Assembly: GCA_002688335.1 (NCBI GenBank)
Contig: NZCQ01000035.1
Coordinates: 1 to 39,680, forward strand
Reading direction: 5' to 3'
DNA: 39,680 bases
DNA from: Candidatus Pacearchaeota archaeon
Lineage (GTDB): Archaea > Nanobdellota > Nanobdellia > Pacearchaeales > GW2011-AR1
The notes under the pieces were generated by a model. The model did not search any database. It saw only the letters and a program-made list of their open reading frames with translations, and had not been told where the DNA came from. A program made the translations under genes and the position numbers. Of the stretch, positions 34,065-39,680 are shown piece after piece (within the stretch, counting starts at the first letter, position 1; each line of letters starts with the position of its first letter).

Positions 34065-34586
34065 ATGTGGGAAGACCATGTATGGAACGAAATTAAACGT
34101 ATGAAAGGTATGATGGGCAGAATGCTTAATTCTACTGATTTTAGGGAGGAAGAGATAGCTATTCAGCCGAGAAATCTCCGTCATGCTAGATGTGATTTAC
34201 GAGAGAATAACGACGAATTCCTTATAGCCGCAGAGGTTCCGGGAGTTAACAAGGAAGACATCAATTTAGAAGTAAAGAATAATTATCTAATAATCTCTGC
34301 AGAAAAAAAGTTTGAAAAATCAGAAATCAATAGAGAGAAATTGAATAAAGATTCTGAACTGATATCTGAAAAAGATTCTTCATGTTGTAACGATGATGAT
34401 TGCTGTTCTGATCAGCCTGGAAGCTTTGAAAGAAAAAGTTATCTTAGCGGATTTTATCGAACAATTGCACTACCAAAGACTGCAGACATGAACAACATCA
34501 ATGCAGAATACAAAGATGGCATACTAAAAATCATTGTTCCAAAAGACAAAGAAAAGATACAGAAGAAATTCGTCGATATAAAATAA
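34065..34586 (+). CDS. Small heat-shock protein (Hsp20) with a Cys/Asp-rich insertion
   Basis: FLIAAEVPGVNKEDINLEV ... AEYKDGILKIIVPK. It contains the insert SSCCNDDDCCSD. A GGAGG ribosome-binding site precedes the start. Confidence 0.7.
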   Translation: MWEDHVWNEIKRMKGMMGRMLNSTDFREEEIAIQPRNLRHARCDLRENNDEFLIAAEVPGVNKEDINLEVKNNYLIISAEKKFEKSEINREKLNKDSELISEKDSSCCNDDDCCSDQPGSFERKSYLSGFYRTIALPKTADMNNINAEYKDGILKIIVPKDKEKIQKKFVDIK

Positions 34587-34626
34587 TTTTTATTTTTATT
34601 TTTCTTATTTTTTTCTTAAATTCAAA

Positions 34627-35517
34627 TTAATCCTTAGTACTCACAACAACTTCTCCATCTTTCTTAATAAAGGTGTGCTCTGCTTGAGCAACAGGTTTAT
34701 GGGATTTTTCAACTAGTTGTAAATGGTGTTGGATTATCCCTTGTTGTTCCAATTCTCTCATTCCCAATCTTACCATACCTCCAAATTCTTTTTCAACATC
34801 TCTCAATGCAAAAGGCAGTGTCTTATATTTCTCAACAATAAAACTAAGCACCTTTCTAGCAATAGGGCTTCTAACACTTTTCTCCTCAATTAGTTCGTAA
34901 ACATTCCCAGGCCCACCGTTGTAAACCCTACCCTCTCCAGTTGTTGCAAAAGGCTCAACAGCATACAATCCTTCACCAAGTTTATTGCTATTACCATTAT
35001 TATAATTAGGAATAGTTATTCCAGCATGAATTTGATGTCGATCAATAGAGTGTCCAGATAAGTTTACAACCGGAGAAAACCCTTTTGATTCAATCGTACT
35101 ACCAATCAAATCTCCTATTTCCCCAATAGTGGGATCCTCCTTAATAAAACTCAAGGCCTTGTCCAAAGCAAGTTCAACACTTTCTATTAATTCCTTATGT
35201 CTATTATCTTCTGTTAGATCTATACTAATGGCAGAGTCTGCTATAAAGCCATCAATAGCTATTCCAAAATCAACCTTCAACAAACCTTCAGCCTTCCTAT
35301 CATCTCCAATGTTAGGACTGAAATGGGCAGCAACATCATCAATAGCTAAGCTAACTGGAAATGCAGCTCTAGCTCCAAGCTCTTCAATTTTATCACTTAT
35401 CAAATCAGCAATTTCATCAAGCAACCTTCCCGGTTCAACAATTTCTTTGATATATTCACGTAACCGCTGAGATATTTTTCCAGCTTCAATGCATTTATCC
35501 ACATCTGATTTATTCAT
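34627..35517 (-). CDS. map: Methionine aminopeptidase, type 2 (archaeal)
   Basis: AAFPVSLAIDDVAAHFSP, DFGIAIDGFIADSA, SGHSIDRHQIHAG and AQAEHTF: the pita-bread metal ligands in type-2 order. Confidence 0.85.
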   Translation of the reverse strand: MNKSDVDKCIEAGKISQRLREYIKEIVEPGRLLDEIADLISDKIEELGARAAFPVSLAIDDVAAHFSPNIGDDRKAEGLLKVDFGIAIDGFIADSAISIDLTEDNRHKELIESVELALDKALSFIKEDPTIGEIGDLIGSTIESKGFSPVVNLSGHSIDRHQIHAGITIPNYNNGNSNKLGEGLYAVEPFATTGEGRVYNGGPGNVYELIEEKSVRSPIARKVLSFIVEKYKTLPFALRDVEKEFGGMVRLGMRELEQQGIIQHHLQLVEKSHKPVAQAEHTFIKKDGEVVVSTKD

Positions 35518-35652
35518 AAAAAAACAATCAAAGAGAAGTATTTAAAGTTTTAAGATCTCCTTTCCATTGAAAGATAATTTAACTACATTAAATATCGAAA
35601 ACAAAAATCTTTATTAATGCTTATGCATTAATAAAACGAAAAGGAGGTTAAA

Positions 35653-35823
35653 ATGGCAAATACAATTCAAGGACAAACACAAAATACTGCAATGAATCCT
35701 GCGCCCGCTCAACAATCAATGCAAATGCAGGCAGAACCAGAAAAGAAATCTAGGAAATGGTTATGGATAGCAATTGCAATCATAGTAATATTGATCGGAA
35801 TAGGTCTATGGATCTGGCTTTAA
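35653..35823 (+). CDS. Small membrane protein (56 aa)
   Basis: An AAGGAGG site lies 5 nt upstream. The protein is Q-rich at the N-terminus and then has WLWIAIAIIVILIGIGLWIWL. Not in the track. Confidence 0.35.
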   Translation: MANTIQGQTQNTAMNPAPAQQSMQMQAEPEKKSRKWLWIAIAIIVILIGIGLWIWL

Positions 35824-35871
35824 CCAATCTTTTTTTTATTTATAACATTAGTATGTATTGGAGATTACAAT

Positions 35872-36633
35872 ATGAGAAAACTTAATCATAATCTAGAGAA
35901 ACTTTTAACTAAAAACAAAACACTATTTTTAGCATATGATCAAGGATTAGAACATGGTCCAACAGACTTTAACGATAAAAACGTAGATCCTAGATCTATA
36001 ATTAACATAGCAAAAAAAGGAAAGTTTAACGCACTTATTTTTCATAAAGGTATAGCCGAGAAATACAGAAAAGAAATTAAAGAAAGTAAAATCCCGCTTA
36101 TCCTCAAGCTCAATGGAAAAACAAACCTAAGGGAAGGGGACCCAATTTCTATGCAATTAGCAACCGTAGAAGAAGCAATAAAACTTAACGCAATAGCAGT
36201 AGGCTATACAGTATATATTGGGAGTAAACACGAACCAATAATGCTAAGAGAGTTTGAAAGAATCCAGAAGGAGGCTCATAAAAACAATCTCCCTGTAATT
36301 CTATGGATATATCCTAGAGGAAAAAGCATTAAGGGAAGGAATAAATCAAAACTAATGGCTTATGCATGCAGAGTGGGTTTAGAAATTGGAGCAGATATTG
36401 TTAAAGTGAAATATGAAGGAACTCCAAGAGATCTAGCTTGGGCAGTAAAATCTGCGGGAAAAACAAAAGTAGTAATTGCAGGAGGAACTAAAAAAAATGA
36501 AAAAGAATTATTAAAACAAGTTTCTGAAATCATGAAATCAGGAGCCATAGGTTTAGCTATTGGAAGAAATATCTGGCAAAACAAAGATCCAGTAAAGATA
36601 ACTAATAAAATAAGGAAGATGGTCTGGAGATGA
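35872..36633 (+). CDS. fba: Class I fructose-bisphosphate aldolase, archaeal type (DhnA/FbaB family)
   Basis: FLAYDQGLEHGP, the Schiff-base Lys region GADIVKVKY, and GLAIGRNIWQ. Confidence 0.75.
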   Translation: MRKLNHNLEKLLTKNKTLFLAYDQGLEHGPTDFNDKNVDPRSIINIAKKGKFNALIFHKGIAEKYRKEIKESKIPLILKLNGKTNLREGDPISMQLATVEEAIKLNAIAVGYTVYIGSKHEPIMLREFERIQKEAHKNNLPVILWIYPRGKSIKGRNKSKLMAYACRVGLEIGADIVKVKYEGTPRDLAWAVKSAGKTKVVIAGGTKKNEKELLKQVSEIMKSGAIGLAIGRNIWQNKDPVKITNKIRKMVWR

Positions 36634-37259
36634 CAATAATTATTATTAACTTTAAAACCTACAAGAAAGGAAAAGAAGTCTTAAAGCTCGTAAGAATAAT
36701 AGAAAAGATTAACAAGAATATTATAGTTGGATTAATACCCCTAGATATAAAAGAGATTTCTAAGAAAACAAAACTAAAGGTATTCTCACAATACCTTTCA
36801 GATGATATAAAAGAAATTAAAGGCTCAGCCTCTGGAGTCTTCCTCAATCATTCAGATCATCCCCTAACTTTCAATAAATTAAAGAAATCAATATCTCTAT
36901 GCAAAAAGAATAAACTAAAAACTGCGGTCTTCACAACCTCATTAAGAGAAGCAAGAAAGATAGAAAAACTAAAACCAACATACTTAATTTACGAACCAAA
37001 AGAACTTATTGGAGGAAAGATTTCAGTTTCACAAGCCAAACCAGAGATCATAAGAAAATTCAAAGATAATCTCTCAATGACTTTCCTGGTCGGAGCAGGA
37101 ATCAAAACAAGTAAAGACATAAAAACCGCGTTAGATCTAGGATCTTCAGGAATAGCAATATCTTCAGTGATAATGAAATCTAGAAATCCTGAAGGGAAAT
37201 TGAAGGAGCTAATAGGATCGGTGACATCTAGCAAGGCTAAGTATTACTATGATATCTAG
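36630..37259 (+). CDS. tpiA: Triosephosphate isomerase (short archaeal form)
   Basis: IIINFKTY, FLNHSDH, IYEPKELIGG and VGAGIKT. There is a 4-nt overlap with fba. Confidence 0.8.
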   Translation: MTIIIINFKTYKKGKEVLKLVRIIEKINKNIIVGLIPLDIKEISKKTKLKVFSQYLSDDIKEIKGSASGVFLNHSDHPLTFNKLKKSISLCKKNKLKTAVFTTSLREARKIEKLKPTYLIYEPKELIGGKISVSQAKPEIIRKFKDNLSMTFLVGAGIKTSKDIKTALDLGSSGIAISSVIMKSRNPEGKLKELIGSVTSSKAKYYYDI

Positions 37260-37641
37260 CTAAATATTCATCCTTACTTTTAGAATGAAATGTCTCATGA
37301 TCTAAGGTTGCCCTATAACTATGCCCGTCTTGATCCTGAATAGAGTCCTGACTAATTTCATCAGTAGAAGGATTATAGGTTCCCAATATTCTTCCAAAAC
37401 CTTCCTCCTTCATAAGGTAGGATAATTTATTGTTAACGATTTTCCCAGAATCAGGATCTCTAAATCTACCATTAGCTAATCTAAATGACAAGCTAAAGAT
37501 ATCCTTCTCATAAGAATAATCTTTCATTCCAGTTCCCAAAGAACCATTTACAATCCTTTCAAGAAAATTATCAGGAGCATTAACTTTAAATCTTCTATCA
37601 GAACTATCTTTCAAATCCCTATTGGGTTTACCACACGTCAT
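37237..37641 (-). CDS. Hypothetical protein with an HExxH motif
   Basis: 134 aa. LDHETFH is the only recognisable element. Any metallopeptidase call would be speculative. Confidence 0.4.
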   Translation of the reverse strand: MTCGKPNRDLKDSSDRRFKVNAPDNFLERIVNGSLGTGMKDYSYEKDIFSLSFRLANGRFRDPDSGKIVNNKLSYLMKEEGFGRILGTYNPSTDEISQDSIQDQDGHSYRATLDHETFHSKSKDEYLARYHSNT

Positions 37642-37682
37642 AACAAAGATAACTTAAACAACTATTAAAAATTTTATCATCT

Positions 37683-37894
37683 GAGTAATCAGGAAACCAC
37701 ACCTTTTAAGGTGCGGGATTACTCTAGATCCTAACCGATGAAAATCTGATAGATTTTCGTGGCCACAAAATTCTTAAGGAATTTTGATGGAAACGAGGCG
37801 CTGTAACAAACCACACCTCTCAAGGATCTGTATGATCCTTGATGATCATCAAGAACTAAAAGTTCTTGAGATTTTAAGGTGTGGTGCGCCATCG
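37683..37894 (+). ncRNA. Candidate ~210-nt structured RNA (class unknown)
   Basis: Helices seen by eye, all with coordinates: GAGTAATC/GATTACTC (37683-90/37717-24) encloses a CCACACC...GGTGCGG hairpin. GAAAATCT/AGATTTTC lies at 37740-47/37751-58 and AAAATTC/GAATTTT at 37767-73/37779-85. GGCGC/GCGCC (37797-801/37886-90) and CCACACCT/AGGTGTGG (37811-18/37877-84) enclose two further hairpins. A T7 run follows. Confidence 0.4.
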
Positions 37895-37901
37895 TTTTTT
37901 T
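37895..37901 (+). terminator. Oligo-T (T7) archaeal-type terminator
   Basis: TTTTTTT lies 4 nt after the last helix of the candidate RNA. Confidence 0.4.
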
Positions 37902-37903
37902 GA

Positions 37904-38146
37904 TCAAAAGAAATAATCATAAAGACAATACCCTCCGGCCAAAGCCCCAATAACGCCTAAACATCCCATCCTAAGGCAACAATAACTTCCTATTTTTGAA
38001 GTTATCTTTCGCAAATCAACCGGCTCATCAGCATCTATATGCGTATAAACTTTATTTTCTAGAAAATCACCTTCAACACTCTTTATCACCAACCCATTAT
38101 CATCTTCATACCTTCCAAAGTTCCGATCATCAATTTCTCTCGCCAT
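37904..38146 (-). CDS. Small protein with C-terminal membrane helix
   Basis: 80 aa, with C-terminus CLGVIGALAGGYCLY. Confidence 0.4.
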   Translation of the reverse strand: MAREIDDRNFGRYEDDNGLVIKSVEGDFLENKVYTHIDADEPVDLRKITSKIGSYCCLRMGCLGVIGALAGGYCLYDYFF

Positions 38147-38230
38147 CTAATCTAAAACAAAAACAGATTAATAAACATATATTTTATTTCATATATATTC
38201 TTTAAAACCAGTTAATCTATTTAAATTAAA

Positions 38231-39091
38231 ATGGGGTTATTTTCCTTTCTATCGCCAAAAACAGCCTATATTCCGGGGTGTACTACCTATTATAAAAACA
38301 AGGAGGAACTGGAGTTATATAAAGAGATTTTCTCAAGGCTAGGAATATCATTTAGGATCTTAGATCAGCACATATGTTCTGGCATAGAAGCATTTGAAGC
38401 AGGATATGAACAAGAAACAAGAAAAATAGCAATGAAAAATCTGTCCATCTTCCAACAAGAAGGAATTAGAAAGATAATCACAAACTCTCCAGAATATTAC
38501 AAGATATTCTCAATAAACTATCCGGAAATGTTACCTTATTGGGATCTAGAGGTAGTTAATCTATGGGATTTAATTCTCGAAAACTTACTTAAAAAACATC
38601 ATCTAATATTAGAAAAGCCAATGGAAACAATAACTTTCCACGACTCTTGCCATCTAGGAAGGCATTGCAAAATATATGATGAACCTAGAAAAATACTAGA
38701 GATACTAGGATATCAAATAAAAGAGATGGATAATTCTATGGGAAATAGTTTTTGTTGCGGATCTTGTGGGGGGCTCAATAGAACAAATAAGAATTTAGCA
38801 AACAAAATAGCAAAAGAAAGAATTCTTCAAGCAAAAAGAATTGGCGTAAATAAAATGGTCGTAACAAGTTTAGATAATTATAATCTTTTAAAAGCTAATA
38901 TAAGAAATACAGGAATCTCTGTTTTAGAGCTGTCAGAGGTCTTAGCAGAATCTCTAGGAATTAAAAAAACAATTAAAGAAGAAATAGAAGACGGAGATAG
39001 AATCTTAATGGAAGCAAAATCTAATATAAGGTTTCAAGACGAATTAAAAGAGGAGGAATATTACGACGATTACACTTATCAAAATGAATGA
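38231..39091 (+). CDS. Cysteine-rich (CCG-domain) Fe-S oxidoreductase subunit, LutA/GlcF/HdrB-like
   Basis: Two CCG-type motifs: ITFHDSCHLGRHC and NSFCCGSCGG. Confidence 0.65.
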   Translation: MGLFSFLSPKTAYIPGCTTYYKNKEELELYKEIFSRLGISFRILDQHICSGIEAFEAGYEQETRKIAMKNLSIFQQEGIRKIITNSPEYYKIFSINYPEMLPYWDLEVVNLWDLILENLLKKHHLILEKPMETITFHDSCHLGRHCKIYDEPRKILEILGYQIKEMDNSMGNSFCCGSCGGLNRTNKNLANKIAKERILQAKRIGVNKMVVTSLDNYNLLKANIRNTGISVLELSEVLAESLGIKKTIKEEIEDGDRILMEAKSNIRFQDELKEEEYYDDYTYQNE

Positions 39092-39599
39092 CCACACTTG
39101 CTACAATACTGACGGTTCAGGAATAATCGGGAATGCTTCAAGAGTAATATTCCCAAAAAATAATGAAGAAGTCCAGAAAGCAGTATCAACAAATAATAAC
39201 ATAGTTCCAAGAGGGGCTGGAACAAACTTAATGGGATCTGTTATACCTGATAACTCTCTAGTTATTTGCATGAAAAAAATGAACCTTGTAGGACAATTAG
39301 ATAAAAGAAATCAAATAGTTTACACTGAACCTGGAATCACAATAAAAGAACTAAATGAAAAACTAAAATCGGCAGGTTTTGAATTACCCCTATTTACAAA
39401 TAATGAATCAACGCTAGGAGGAATGGTTGCTAGAAATGAATTAAGTGATCTTTCAGGATACGGCCACATCAAGGATTACCTCGAAGAAGTAGATTTAATC
39501 AATAGCAGAGGAGAATTGTTTTTAAAGATTATTATGATAAAGGATAAGATAGTATATAAGATAAGATTCATTTATAAAATAATTAACTGGAGGCAATAA
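39084..39599 (+). CDS. FAD-binding oxidase N-terminal domain (GlcD/D-lactate-dehydrogenase-like), apparently truncated
   Basis: IVPRGAGTNLMGS is the FAD_binding_4 signature. The ORF is only 171 aa and ends in a low-complexity I/K-rich tail. Confidence 0.5.
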   Translation: MNDHTCYNTDGSGIIGNASRVIFPKNNEEVQKAVSTNNNIVPRGAGTNLMGSVIPDNSLVICMKKMNLVGQLDKRNQIVYTEPGITIKELNEKLKSAGFELPLFTNNESTLGGMVARNELSDLSGYGHIKDYLEEVDLINSRGELFLKIIMIKDKIVYKIRFIYKIINWRQ

Positions 39600-39680
39600 A
39601 AATGCAAGAGAATTCTAATTCTGAACCAAGCTTAAAAGAGAAAAGAATCAGAGATATTACTATAATTTATTATTTTAATA

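Noticed and set aside
35611-35634. Perfect 10-bp inverted repeat TTATTAATGC-TTAT-GCATTAATAA upstream of the small membrane ORF
   Set aside because: It is real in the sequence, but it is entirely AT-rich in an AT-rich genome and there is no second copy. It could be an operator or a hairpin, and the evidence is insufficient to call either.
37683-37894. SRP (7S) RNA or RNase P RNA
   Set aside because: The SRP helix-8 signature (GNAR loop with the flanking AGCA/GGUC motifs) is absent. So is the GAGGAAAGUCC-type CR-I motif of RNase P, on either strand. Only a CUGUAAC string resembles an SRP Alu-domain element, and it is in the wrong position.
1-39680. CRISPR arrays, rRNA genes, IS-type transposases, reverse transcriptases
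   Set aside because: Reading both strands, I saw no regularly spaced direct repeats, no rRNA-like conserved stretches, and no DDE/HUH transposase or RT (YxDD) motifs.

Overview
Strongly AT-rich archaeal chromosome segment. Archaeal hallmarks are TFS, an S26B-type signal peptidase, two Cdc48/VAT AAA+ ATPases, type-2 MetAP, an archaeal class I aldolase with a short TPI, and TATA-box/leaderless gene starts. A small-genome DPANN/Nanoarchaeota-like lineage is my inference only. Housekeeping genes lie on both flanks: serS and nth on the left; tfs, signal peptidase, a cdc48-hsp20 cluster, map and fba-tpiA on the right. They bracket a ~19.5 kb accessory segment (4850-24323) that sits exactly inside the anticodon loop of a tRNA-Lys(CUU) gene. 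The 3' half of that tRNA is at 4808-4849 and the matching 5' half at 24324-24363, both on the minus strand. Each half keeps a full copy of the 7-nt loop, so there is a 7-bp duplication (TTAAGAG). The segment ends carry a 15/17 inverted repeat. A tyrosine integrase sits at the left end and a second, intact tRNA-Lys(CUU) 74 nt inside the right end. Cargo includes a large secreted lipase-like surface protein, an overlapping APH-fold kinase plus HEPN-like (RNxxxH) gene pair, and a block of small-molecule/nucleotide/peptide hydrolases (S51 peptidase, lysine-less PLP-fold enzyme, HD, hydrolase-Nudix fusion, MccF-like S66 peptidase). It also holds a nested plasmid/virus-like module (RHH, XRE, VirE/D5-like NTPase, Cys-rich small proteins, minimal integrase). 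Outside the island there are several type II TA cassettes (two hicAB, one decayed; two RelE-like) and two GC-enriched, highly self-complementary intergenic segments that look like unclassified structured RNAs. No rRNA and no CRISPR array was seen. All protein calls are by-eye motif recognition, with no database search.
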